A stretch of DNA of 64,000 bases from Eledone cirrhosa (Eukaryota). A model generated the notes under the pieces. It had not been told where the DNA came from and searched no databases. It saw only the letters and a program-made list of their open reading frames with translations. This document shows positions 12,606 to 25,290 of this stretch, in pieces (the stretch's first letter is position 1; every line of letters starts with the position of its first letter). A program made the translations under genes and the position numbers. Location: positions 354,640,001 through 354,704,000 of the forward strand of contig OZ024743.1 in assembly GCA_964016885.1 (NCBI GenBank). The letters are read 5' to 3'.

Positions 12606-13560
12606 TGTTGTTGGTGGTAGAGATTGAGGTTTTTGTGATTCTGGTAATGGTGATGCTGAAGATTGTGCTGATGCTGGTTGTTGTTGGTGGTAGAGATTGA
12701 GGTTTTTGTGATTCTGGTAATGGTGATGCTGATGATTGTCCTCATGCTGGTTGTTGTTGGTGGTAGAGATTGAGGTTTTTGTGATTCTGGTAATGGTGAT
12801 GCTGATGATTGTCCTCATGCTGGTTGTTGTTGGTGGTAGAGATTGAGGTTTTTGTGATTCTGGTAATGGTGATGCTGATGATTGTCCTCATGCTGGTTGT
12901 TGTTGGTGGTAGAGATTGAGGTTTTTGTGATTCTGGTAATGGTGATGCTGATGATTGTCCTCATGCTGGTTGTTGTTGGTGGTAGAGATTAAGGTCTTTG
13001 TGATTCTGGTAATGGTGATGCTGATGATTGTCCTCATGCTGGTTGTTGTTGGTGGTAGAGATTGAGGTTTTTGTGATACTGGTAATGGTGATGCTGATGA
13101 TTGTCCTCATGCTGGTTGTTGTTGGTGGTAGAGATTGAGGTTTTTGTAATTCTGGTAATGGTGATGCTGATGATTGTCCTCATGCTGGTTGTTGTTGGTG
13201 GTAGAGATTGAGATTTTTGTGATTCTGGTAATGGTGAATCTGATGATTGTCCTCAAGCTGGTTGTTGTTGGTGGTAGAGATTGAGGTTTTTGTAATTCTG
13301 GTAATGGTGATGCTGATGATTGTCCTCATGCTGGTTGTTGTTGGTGGTAGAGATTGAGGTTTTTGTAATTCTGGTAATGGTGATGCTGATGATTGTCCTC
13401 ATGCTGGTTGTTGTTGGTGGTAGAGATTGAGGTTTTTGTGATTCTTGTAATGGTGATGCTGATGATTGTCCTCATGCTGGTTGTTGTTGGTGGTAGAGAT
13501 TGAGGTATTTTATGGCTCTGGTAATGGTGATGCTGATGATTGTGCTTATGGTGGTTGTTG
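11660..13560 (+). repeat. Tandem duplication of a 13-monomer unit (950 bp x2)
   Basis: GCTGAAGATTGTGCTG (GAA at 11708/12658) and GGTATTTTATGGCTCT (12554/13504) recur at offset 950, with the same variant order between them. Confidence 0.9.
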
Positions 13561-13649
13561 TTGGTGGTAGAGATTGAGGTTTTTTGTGGTTCTGGTAATG
13601 GTGATGCTGATGATTGTGCTCATGGTGGTTGTTGTTGGTGGTAGAGATT

Positions 13650-16300
13650 GAGGTTTTTGTGATTCTGGTAATGGTGATGCTGATGATTGTCCTCATGCTG
13701 GTTGTTGGTGGTGGTAGAGATTGAGGTTTTTGTGATTCTGGTAATGGTGATGCTGATGATTGTCCTCATGCTGGTTGTTGTTGGTGGTAGAGATTGAGGT
13801 TTTTATGATTCTGGTAATGGTGATGCGGATGATTGTCCTCATGCTGGTTGTTGTTGGTGGTAGAGATTGAGGTTTTTGTGATTCTGGTAATGGTGATGCT
13901 GATGATTGTCCTCATGCTGGTTGTTGTTGGTGGTAGAGATTTAGGTTTTTATGATTCTGGTAATGGTGATGCTGATGATTGTCCTCATGCTGGTTGTTGT
14001 TGGTGGTAGAGATTGAGGTTTTTGTGATTCTGGTAATGGTGATGCTGATGATTGTCCTCATGCTGGTTGTTGTTGGTGGTAGAGATTGAGGTTTTTATGA
14101 TTCTGGTAATGGTGATGCTGATGATTGTCCTCATGCTGGTTGTTGTTGGTGGTAGAGATTAAGGTCTTTGTGATTCTGGTAATGGTGATGCTGATGATTG
14201 TCCTCATGCTGGTTGTTGTTGGTGGTAGAGATTGAGGTTTTTGTGATACTGGTAATGGTGATGCTGATGATTGTCCTCATGCTGGTTGTTGTTGGTGGTA
14301 GAGATTGAGGTTTTTGTGATTCTGGTAATGGTGATGCTGATGATTGTGCTCATGGTGGTTGTTGTTGGTGGTAGAGATTGAGGTTTTTGTGATTCTGGTA
14401 ATGGTGATTCTGATGATTGTCTTCATGCTGGTTGTTGTTGGTGGTAGAGATTGAGGTTTTTTGTGGTTCTGGTAATGGTGATGCTGATGATTGTCCTCAT
14501 GCTGGTTGTTGTTGGTGGTAGAGATTGAGGTTTTTGTGATTCTGGTAATGGTGATGCTGATGATTGTCCTCATGCTGGTTGTTGCTGGTGGTAGGGATTG
14601 AGGTTTTTGTGACTCTGGTAATGGTGATGCTGATGATTGTCCTCATGCTGGTTGTTGTTGGTGGTAGAGATTGAGGTTTTTGTGATTCTGGTAATGGTGA
14701 TGATGATGATTGTCCTCATGCTGGTTGTTGTTGGTGGTAGAGATTGAGGTTTTTGTGATTCTGGTAATGGTGATGCTGATGATTGTCCTCATGCTGGTTG
14801 TTGGTGGTGGTAGAGATTGAGGTTTTTGTGATTCTGGTAATGGTGATGCTGATGATTGTCCTCATGCTGGTTGTTGTTGGTGGTAGAGATTGAGGTTTTT
14901 ATGATTCTGGTAATGGTGATGCGGATGATTGTCCTCATGCTGGTTGTTGTTGGTGGTAGAGATTGAGGTTTTTGTGATTCTGGTAATGGTGATGCTGGTG
15001 ATTGTCCTCATGCTGGTTGTTGTTGGTGGTAGAGATTGAGGTTTTTATGATTCTGGTAATGGTGATGCTGATGATTGTCCTCATGCTGGTTGTTGTTGGT
15101 GGTAGAGATTGAGGTTTTTGTGATTCTGGTAATGGTGATGCTGATGATTGTCCTCATGCTGGTTGTTGTTGGTGGTAGAGATTGAGGTTTTTGTGATTCT
15201 GGTAATGGTGATGCTGATGATTGTCCTCATGCTGGTTGTTGTTGGTGGTAGAGATTAAGGTCTTTGTGATTCTGGTAATGGTGATGCTGATGATTGTCCT
15301 CATGCTGGTTGTTGTTGGTGGTAGAGATTGAGGTTTTTGTGATACTGGTAATGGTGATGCTGATGATTGTCCTCATGCTGGTTGTTGTTGGTGGTAGAGA
15401 TTGAGGTTTTTGTGATTCTGGTAATGGTGATGCTGATGATTGTGCTCATGGTGGTTGTTGTTGGTGGTAGAGATTGAGGTTTTTGTGATTCTGGTAATGG
15501 TGATTCTGATGATTGTCTTCATGCTGGTTGTTGTTGGTGGTAGAGATTGAGGTTTTTTGTGGTTCTGGTAATGGTGATGCTGATGATTGTCCTCATGCTG
15601 GTTGTTGTTGGTGGTAGAGATTGAGGTTTTTGTGATTCTGGTAATGGTGATGCTGATGATTGTCCTCATGCTGGTTGTTGCTGGTAGTAGGGATTGAGGT
15701 TTTTGTGACTCTGGTAATGGTGATGCTGATGATTGTCCTCATGCTGGTTGTTGTTGGTGGTAGAGATTGAGGTTTTTGTGATTCTGGTAATGGTGATGAT
15801 GATGATTGTCCTCATGCTGGTTGTTGTTGGTGGTAGAGATTGAGGTTTTTGTGATTCTGGTAATGGTGATGCTGATGATTGTCCTCATGCTGGTTGTTGG
15901 TGGTGGTAGAGATTGAGGTTTTTGTGATTCTGGTAATGGTGATGCTGATGATTGTCCTCATGCTGGTTGTTGTTGGTGGTAGAGATTGAGGTTTTTATGA
16001 TTCTGGTAATGGTGATGCGGATGATTGTCCTCATGCTGGTTGTTGTTGGTGGTAGAGATTGAGGTTTTTGTGATTCTGGTAATGGTGATGCTGGTGATTG
16101 TCCTCATGCTGGTTGTTGTTGGTGGTAGAGATTTAGGTTTTTATGATTCTGGTAATGGTGATGCTGATGATTGTCCTCATGCTGGTTGTTGTTGGTGGTA
16201 GAGATTGAGGTTTTTGTGATTCTGGTAATGGTGATGCTGATGATTGTCCTCATGCTGGTTGTTGTTGGTGGTAGAGATTGAGGTTTTTGTGATTCTGGTA
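13650..16300 (+). repeat. Tandem 15-monomer unit (1096 bp, about 2.3 copies)
   Basis: GCGGAT at 13825, 14921 and 16017; ATTAAGGTC with AAGG at 14161/15257; TAGGGATT, GATGATGATGAT and GCTGGTGATT variants each duplicated. ORF pair 14277/15373. Confidence 0.9.
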
Positions 16301-16739
16301 ATGGTGATGCTGATGATTGTCCTCATGCTGGTTGTTGTTGGTGGTAGAGATTGAGGTTTTTGTGATTCTGGTAATGGTGATGCTGATGATTGTCCTCATG
16401 CTGGTTGTTGGTGGTGGTAGAGATTGAGGTTTTTGTGATTCTGGTAATGGTGATGCTGATGATTGTCCTCATGCTGGTTGTTGTTGGTGGTAGAGATTAA
16501 GGTTTTTATGATTCTGGTAATGGTGATGCTGATGATTGTCCTCATGCTGGTTGTTGTTGGTGGTAGAGATTGAGGTTTTTGTGATTCTGGTAATGGTGAT
16601 GCTGATGATTGTCCTCATGCTGGTTGTTGTTGGTGGTAGAGATTTAGGTTTTTATGATTCTGGTAATGGTGATGCTGATGATTGTCCTCATGCTGGTTGT
16701 TGTTGCTGGTAGAGATTGAGGTTTTTGTAATTCTGGTAA

Positions 16740-19700
16740 TGGTGATGCTGATGATTGTCCTCATGCTGGTTGTTGTTGGTGGTAGAGATTGAGGTTTTTG
16801 TAATTCTGGTAATGGTGATGCTGATGATTGTCCTCATGCTGGTTGTTGTTGGTGGTAGAGATTGAGGTTTTTGTGATTCTTGTAATGGTGATGCTGATGA
16901 TTGTCCTCATGCTGGTTGTTGTTGGTGGTAGAGATTGAGGTTTTTTGTGGTTCTGGTAATGGTGATGCTGATGATTGTGCTTATGGTGGTTGTTGTTGGT
17001 GGTAGAGATTGAGGTTTTTTGTGGTTCTGGTAATGGTGATGCTGATGATTGTGCTCATGGTGGTTGTTGTTGGTGGTAGAGATTGAGGTTTTTGTGATTC
17101 TGGTAATGGTGATTCTGATGATTGTCTTCATGCTGGTTGTTGTTGGTGGTAGAGATTGAGGTTTTTTGTGGTTCAGGTAATGGTGATGCTGATGATTGTC
17201 CTCATGCTGGTTGTTGTTGGTGGTAGAGATTGAGGTTTTTGTGATTCTGGTAATGGTGATGCTGATGATTGTCCTCATGCTGGTTGTTGCTGGTGGTAGG
17301 ATTGAGGTTTTTGTGATTCTGGTAATGGTGATGGTGATGATTGTCCTCATGCTGGTTGTTGTTGGTGGTAGAGATTGAGGTTTTTGTGATTCTGGTAATG
17401 GTGATGCTGATGATTGTCCTCATGCTGGTTGTTGTTGGTGGTAGAGATTGAGGTTTTTGTGATTCTGGTAATGGTGATGCTGATGATTGTCCTCATGCTG
17501 GTTGTTGTTGGTGGTAGAGATTGAGGTTTTTATGATTCTGGTAATGGTGATGCGGATGATTGTCCTCATGCTGGTTGTTGTTGGTGGTAGAGATTGAGGT
17601 TTTTGTGATTCTGGTAATGGTGATGCTGATGATTGTCCTCATGCTGGTTGTTGTTGGTGGTAGAGATTTAGGTTTTTATGATTCTGGTAATGGTGATGCT
17701 GATGATTGTCCTCATGCTGGTTGTTGTTGGTGGTAGAGATTGAGGTTTTTGTGATTCTGGTAATGGTGATGCTGATGATTGTCCTCATGCTGGTTGTTGT
17801 TGGTGGTAGAGATTGAGGTTTTTGTGATTCTGGTAATGGTGATGCTGATGATTGTCCTCATGCTGGTTGTTGTTGGTGGTAGAGATTAAGGTCTTTGTGA
17901 TTCTGGTAATGGTGATGCTGATGATTGTCCTCATGCTGGTTGTTGTTGGTGGTAGAGATTGAGGTTTTTGTGATACTGGTAATGGTGATGCTGATGATTA
18001 TCCTCATGCTGGTTGTTGTTGGTGGTAGAGATTGAGGTTTTTGTAATTCTGGTAATGGTGATGCTGATGATTGTCCTCATGCTGGTTGTTGTTGGTGGTA
18101 GAGATTGAGATTTTTGTGATTCTGGTAATGGTGAATCTGATGATTGTCCTCAAGCTGGTTGTTGTTGGTGGTAGAGATTGAGGTTTTTGTAATTCTGGTA
18201 ATGGTGATGCTGATGATTGTCCTCATGCTGGTTGTTGTTGGTGGTAGAGATTGAGGTTTTTGTAATTCTGGTAATGGTGATGCTGATGATTGTCCTCATG
18301 CTGGTTGTTGTTGGTGGTAGAGATTGAGGTTTTTGTGATTCTTGTAATGGTGATGCTGATGATTGTCCTCATGCTGGTTGTTGTTGGTGGTAGAGATTGA
18401 GGTTTTTTGTGGTTCTGGTAATGGTGATGCTGATGATTGTGCTTATGGTGGTTGTTGTTGGTGGTAGAGATTGAGGTTTTTTGTGGTTCTGGTAATGGTG
18501 ATGCTGATGATTGTGCTCATGGTGGTTGTTGTTGGTGGTAGAGATTGAGGTTTTTGTGATTCTGGTAATGGTGATTCTGATGATTGTCTTCATGCTGGTT
18601 GTTGTTGGTGGTAGAGATTGAGGTTTTTTGTGGTTCAGGTAATGGTGATGCTGATGATTGTCCTCATGCTGGTTGTTGTTGGTGGTAGAGATTGAGGTTT
18701 TTGTGATTCTGGTAATGGTGATGCTGATGATTGTCCTCATGCTGGTTGTTGCTGGTGGTAGAATTGAGGTTTTTGTGTTTCTGGTAATGGTGATGGTGAT
18801 GATTGTCCTCATGCTGGTTGTTGTTGGTGGTAGAGATTGAGGTTTTTGTGATTCTGGTAATGGTGATGCTGATGATTGTCCTCATGCTGGTTGTTGTTGG
18901 TGGTAGAGATTGAGGTTTTTGTGATTCTGGTAATGGTGATGCTGATGATTGTCCTCATGCTGGTTGTTGTTGGTGGTAGAGATTGAGGTTTTTGTGATTC
19001 TGGTAATGGTGATGCTGATGATTGTCCTCATGCTGGTTGTTGTTGGTGGTAGAGATTGAGGTTTTTATGATTCTGGTAATGGTGATGCGGATGATTGTCC
19101 TCATGCTGGTTGTTGTTGGTGGTAGAGATTGAGGTTTTTGTGATTCTGGTAATGGTGATGCTGATGATTGTCCTCATGCTGGTTGTTGTTGGTGGTAGAG
19201 ATTTAGGTTTTTATGATTCTGGTAATGGTGATGCTGATGATTGTCCTCATGCTGGTTGTTGTTGGTGGTAGAGATTGAGGTTTTTGTGATTCTGGTAATG
19301 GTGATGCTGATGATTGTCCTCATGCTGGTTGTTGTTGGTGGTAGAGATTGAGGTTTTTGTGATTCTGGTAATGGTGATGCTGATGATTGTCCTCATGCTG
19401 GTTGTTGTTGGTGGTAGAGATTAAGGTCTTTGTGATTCTGGTAATGGTGATGCTGATGATTGTCCTCATGCTGGTTGTTGTTGGTGGTAGAGATTGAGGT
19501 TTTTGTGATACTGGTAATGGTGATGCTGATGATTATCCTCATGCTGGTTGTTGTTGGTGGTAGAGATTGAGGTTTTTGTAATTCTGGTAATGGTGATGCT
19601 GATGATTGTCCTCATGCTGGTTGTTGTTGGTGGTAGAGATTGAGATTTTTGTGATTCTGGTAATGGTGAATCTGATGATTGTCCTCAAGCTGGTTGTTGT

Positions 19701-21250
19701 TGGTGGTAGAGATTGAGGTTTTTGTAATTCTGGTAATGGTGATGCTGATGATTGTCCTCATGCTGGTTGTTGTTGGTGGTAGAGATTGAGGTTTTTGTAA
19801 TTCTGGTAATGGTGATGCTGATGATTGTCCTCATGCTGGTTGTTGTTGGTGGTAGAGATTGAGGTTTTTGTGATTCTTGTAATGGTGATGCTGATGATTG
19901 TCCTCATGCTGGTTGTTGTTGGTGGTAGAGATTGAGGTTTTTTGTGGTTCTGGTAATGGTGATGCTGATGATTGTGCTTATGGTGGTTGTTGTTGGTGGT
20001 AGAGATTGAGGTTTTTTGTGGTTCTGGTAATGGTGATGCTGATGATTGTGCTCATGGTGGTTGTTGTTGGTGGTAGAGATTGAGGTTTTTGTGATTCTGG
20101 TAATGGTGATTCTGATGATTGTCTTCATGCTGGTTGTTGTTGGTGGTAGAGATTGAGGTTTTTTGTGGTTCAGGTAATGGTGATGCTGATGATTGTCCTC
20201 ATGCTGGTTGTTGTTGGTGGTAGAGATTGAGGTTTTTGTGATTCTGGTAATGGTGATGCTGATGATTGTCCTCATGCTGGTTGTTGCTGGTGGTAGGATT
20301 GAGGTTTTTGTGTTTCTGGTAATGGTGATGGTGATGATTGTCCTCATGCTGGTTGTTGTTGGTGGTAGAGATTGAGGTTTTTGTGATTCTGGTAATGGTG
20401 ATGCTGATGATTGTCCTCATGCTGGTTGTTGTTGGTGGTAGAGATTGAGGTTTTTGTGATTCTGGTAATGGTGATGCTGATGATTGTCCTCATGCTGGTT
20501 GTTGGTGGTGGTAGAGATTGAGGTTTTTGTGATTCTGGTAATGGTGATGCTGATGATTGTCCTCATGCTGGTTGTTGTTGGTGGTAGAGATTGAGGTTTT
20601 TATGATTCTGGTAATGGTGATGCGGATGATTGTCCTCATGCTGGTTGTTGTTGGTGGTAGAGATTGAGGTTTTTGTGATTCTGGTAATGGTGATGCTGAT
20701 GATTGTCCTCATGCTGGTTGTTGTTGGTGGTAGAGATTTAGGTTTTTATGATTCTGGTAATGGTGATGCTGTTGATTGTCCTCATGCTGGTTGTTGTTGG
20801 TGGTAGAGATTGAGGTTTTTGTGATTCTGGTAATGGTGATGCTGATGATTGTCCTCATGCTGGTTGTTGTTGGTGGTAGAGATTGAGGTTTTTGTGATTC
20901 TGGTAATGGTGATGCTGATGATTGTCCTCATGCTGCTTGTTGTTGGTGGTAGAGATTAAGGTCTTTGTGATTCTGGTAATGGTGATGCTGATGATTGTCC
21001 TCATGCTGGTTGTTGTTGGTGGTAGAGTTTGAGGTTTTTGTGATACTGGTAATGGTGATGCTGATGATTGTCCTCATGCTGGTTGTTGTTGGTGGTAGAG
21101 ATTGAGGTTTTTGTAATTCTGGTAATGGTGATGCTGATGATTGTCCTCATGCTGGTTGTTGTTGGTGGTAGAGATTGAGATTTTTGTGATTCTGGTAATG
21201 GTGAATCTGATGATTGTCCTCAAGCTGGTTGTTGTTGGTGGTAGAGATTG
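16740..21250 (+). repeat. Three tandem copies of a 20/21-monomer higher-order unit (periods 1462 and 1535 bp); a fourth dispersed copy lies at about 9.9-11.4 kb
   Basis: The private markers GGTTCAGG, the 72-bp GCTGGTGGTAGGATT monomer and GATGGTGAT recur. The 147-aa ORF echoes start at 9891, 16907, 18369 and 19904. Confidence 0.9.
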
Positions 21251-24200
21251 AGGTTTTTGTAATTCTGGTAATGGTGATTCTGAAGATTGTGCTGATGTTG
21301 GTTGTTGTTGGTGGTAGAGATTGAGGTTTTTGTGATTCTGGTAATGGTGATGCTGATGATTGTCCTCATGCTGGTTGTTGTTGGTGGTAGAGATTGAGGT
21401 TTTTGTGATTCTGGTAATGGTGATGCTGATGATTGTCCTCATGCTGGTTGTTGGTGGTGATAGAGATTGAGGTTTTTGTGATTCTGGTAGTGGTGATGCT
21501 GATGATTGTCCTCATGCTGGTTGTTGTTGGTGGTAGAGATTGAGGTTTTTGTGATTCTGGTAATGGTGATGCTGATGATTGTCCTCATGCTGGTTGTTGT
21601 TGGTGGTAGAGATTGAGGTTTTTGTGATTCTGGTAATGGTGATGCTGATGATTGTCCTCATGCTGGTTGTTGTTGGTGGTAGAGATTGAGGTTTTTGTGA
21701 TTCTGGTAATGGTGATGCTGATGATTGTCCTCATGCTGGTTGTTGTTGGTGGTAGAGATTGAGGATTTTGTGATTCTGGTAATGGTGATGCTGATGATTG
21801 TCCTCATGCTGGTTGTTGTTGGTGGTAGAGATTGAGGTTTTTGTGATTCTGGTAATGGTGATGCTGATGATTGTCCTCATGCTGGTTGTTGTTGGTGGTA
21901 GAGATTGAGGTTTTTGTGATTCTGGTAATGGTGATGCTGATGATTGTACTCATGCTGGTTGTTGTTGGTGGTAGAGATTGAGGTTTTTGTGATTCTGGTA
22001 ATGGTGATGCTGATGATTGTCCTCATGCTGGTTGTTGTTGGTGGTAGAGATTGAGGTTTTTGTGATTCTGGTAATGGTGATGCTGATGATTGTCCTCATG
22101 CTGGTTGTTGTTGGTGGTAGAGATTGAGGATTTGTGATTCTGGTAATGGTGATGCTGATGATTGTCTTCATGCTGGTTGTTGTTGGTGGTAGAAATTGAG
22201 GTTTTTGTGTTTCTGGTAATGGTGATGCTGATGATTGTCTTCATGCTGGTTGTTGTTGGTGGTAGAGATTGAGGTTTTTGTGATTCTGGTAATGGTGATG
22301 CTGATGATTGTACTCATGCTGGTTGTTGTTGGTGGTAGAGATTGAGGTTTTTGTGATTCTGGTAATGGTGATGCTGATGATTGTCCTCATGCTGGTTGTT
22401 GTTGGTGGTAGAGATTGAGGTTTTTGTGGTTCTGGTAATGGTGATGCTGATGAATGTCCTCATGCTGGTTGTTGTTGGTGGTAGAGATTGAGGTTTTTGT
22501 GATTCTGGTAATGGTGATGCTGATGAATGTCCTCATGCTGGTTGTTGTTGGTGGTAGAGATTGAGGTTTTTGTGACTCTGGTAATGGTGATGCTGATGAT
22601 TGTGCTTATGGTGGTTGTTGTTGGTGGTAGTGATTGAGGTTTTTTGTGGTTCTGGTAATGGTGATGCTGATGATTGTGCTCATGCTGGTTGTTGTTGGTG
22701 GTAGAGATTGAGGTTTTTGGGATTCTGGTAATGGTGATGCTGATGAATGTCCTCATGCTGGTTGTTGTTGGTGGTAGAGATTGAGGTTTTTGTGATTCTG
22801 GTAATGGTGATGCTGATGAATGTCCTCATGCTGGTTGTTGTTGGTGGTAGAGATTGAGGTTTTTGTGACTCTGGTAATGGTGATGCTGATGATTGTGCTT
22901 ATGGTGGTTGTTGTTGGTGGTAGTGATTGAGGTTTTTTGTGATTCTGGTAATGGTGATGCTGATGAATGTGCTCATGCTGGTTGTTGTTGGTGGTAGAGA
23001 TTGAGGTTTTTGGGATTCTGGTAATGGTGATGCTGATGATTGTCCTCATGCTGGTTGTTGTTGGTGGTAGAGATTGAGGTTTTTGTGATTCTGGTAATGG
23101 TGATGCTGATGAATGTCCTCATGCTGGTTGTTGTTGGTTTTAGAGATTGAGGTTTTTGTGACTCTGGTAATGGTGATGCTGATGAATGTCCTCATGCTGG
23201 TTGTTGTTGGTGGTAGAGATTGAGGTTTTGTGATTCTGGTAATGGTGATGCTGATGATTGTCTTCATGCTGGTTGTCATTGGTGTTAGAGATTGAGGTTT
23301 TTGTGATTCTGGTAATGGTGATGCTGATGAATGTCCTCATGCTGGTTGTTGTTGGTGGTAGAGATTGAGGTTTTTGAGACTCTGGTAATGGTGATGCTGA
23401 TGATTGTCCTCATGCTGGTTGTTGTTGGTGGTAGAGATTGAGGTTTTTATGATTCTGGTAATGGTGATGCGGATGATTGTCCTCATGCTGGTTGTTGTTG
23501 GTGGTAGAGATTGAGGTTTTTGTGATTCTGGTAATGGTGATGCTGATGATTGTCCTCATGCTGGTTGTTGTTGGTGGTAGAGATTTAGGTTTTTATGATT
23601 CTGGTAATGGTGATGCTGTTGATTGTCCTCATGCTGGTTGTTGTTGGTGGTAGAGATTGAGGTTTTTGTGATTCTGGTAATGGTGATGCTGATGATTGTC
23701 CTCATGCTGGTTGTTGTTGGTGGTAGAGATTGAGGTTTTTGTGATTCTGGTAATGGTGATGCTGATGATTGTCCTCATGCTGCTTGTTGTTGGTGGTAGA
23801 GATTAAGGTCTTTGTGATTCTGGTAATGGTGATGCTGATGATTGTCCTCATGCTGGTTGTTGTTGGTGGTAGAGTTTGAGGTTTTTGTGATACTGGTAAT
23901 GGTGATGCTGATGATTGTCCTCATGCTGGTTGTTGTTGGTGGTAGAGATTGAGGTTTTTGTAATTCTGGTAATGGTGATGCTGATGATTGTCCTCATGCT
24001 GGTTGTTGTTGGTGGTAGAGATTGAGATTTTTGTGATTCTGGTAATGGTGAATCTGATGATTGTCCTCAAGCTGGTTGTTGTTGGTGGTAGAGATTGAGG
24101 TTTTTGTAATTCTGGTAATGGTGATGCGGATGATTGTCCTCATGCTGGTTGTTGTTGGTGGTAGAGATTGAGGTTTTTGTGATTCTGGTAATGGTGATGC

Positions 24201-25290
24201 TGATGATTGTCCTCATGCTGGTTGTTGTTGGTGGTAGAGATTGAGGTTTTTGTGATTCTGGTAATGGTGATGCTGATGATTGTCCTCATGCTGGTTGTTG
24301 GGGGTGATAGAGATTGAGGTTTTTGTGATTCTGGTAGTGGTGATGCTGATGATTGTCCTCATGCTGGTTGTTGTTGGTGGTAGAGATTGAGGTTTTTGTG
24401 ATTCTGGTAATGGTGATGCTGATGATTGTCCTCATGCTGGTTGTTGTTGGTGGTAGAGATTGAGGTTTTTGTGATTCTGGTAATGGTGATGCTGATGATT
24501 GTCCTCATGCTGGTTGTTGTTGGTGGTAGAGTTTGAGGTTTTTGTGATTCTGGTAATGGTGATGCTGATGATTGTCCTCATGCTGGTTGTTGTTGGTGGT
24601 AGAGATTGAGGATTTTGTGATTCTGGTAATGGTGATGCTGATGATTGTCCTCATGCTGGTTGTTGTTGGTGGTAGAGATTGAGGTTTTTGTGATTCTGGT
24701 AATGGTGATGCTGATGATTGTCCTCATGCTGGTTGTTGTTGGTGGTAGAGATTGAGGTTTTTGTGATTCTGGTAATGGTGATGCTGATGATTGTACTCAT
24801 GCTGGTTGTTGTTGGTGGTAGAGATTGAGGTTTTTGTGATTCTGGTAATGGTGATGCTGATGATTGTCCTCATGCTGGTTGTTGTTGGTGGTAGAGATTG
24901 AGGTTTTTGTGATTCTGGTAATGGTGATGCTGATGATTGTACTGATGCTGGTTGTTGTTGGTGGTAGAGATTGAGGATTTGTGATTCTGGTAATGGTGAT
25001 GCTGATGATTGTCTTCATGCTGGTTGTTGTTGGTGGTAGAAATTGAGGTTTTTGTGTTTCTGGTAATGGTGATGCTGATGATTGTCTTCATGCTGGTTGT
25101 TGTTGGTGGTAGAGATTGAGGTTTTTGTGATTCTGGTAATGGTGATGCTGATGATTGTACTCATGCTGGTTGTTGTTGGTGGTAGAGATTGAGGTTTTTG
25201 TGATTCTGGTAATGGTGATGCTGATGATTGTCCTCATGCTGGTTGTTGTTGGTGGTAGAGATTGAGGTTTTTGTGGTTCTGGTAATGGTG
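20560..25290 (+). repeat. Duplicated block: about 20560-22440 repeated at about 23410-25290 (offset 2847 = 39 x 73)
   Basis: The private variants GCTGTTGATT, GCTGCTTG and GAGTTTGAG appear in both copies at the same spacing. ORF pairs are 21950/24797 and 22023/24870. Confidence 0.88.
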
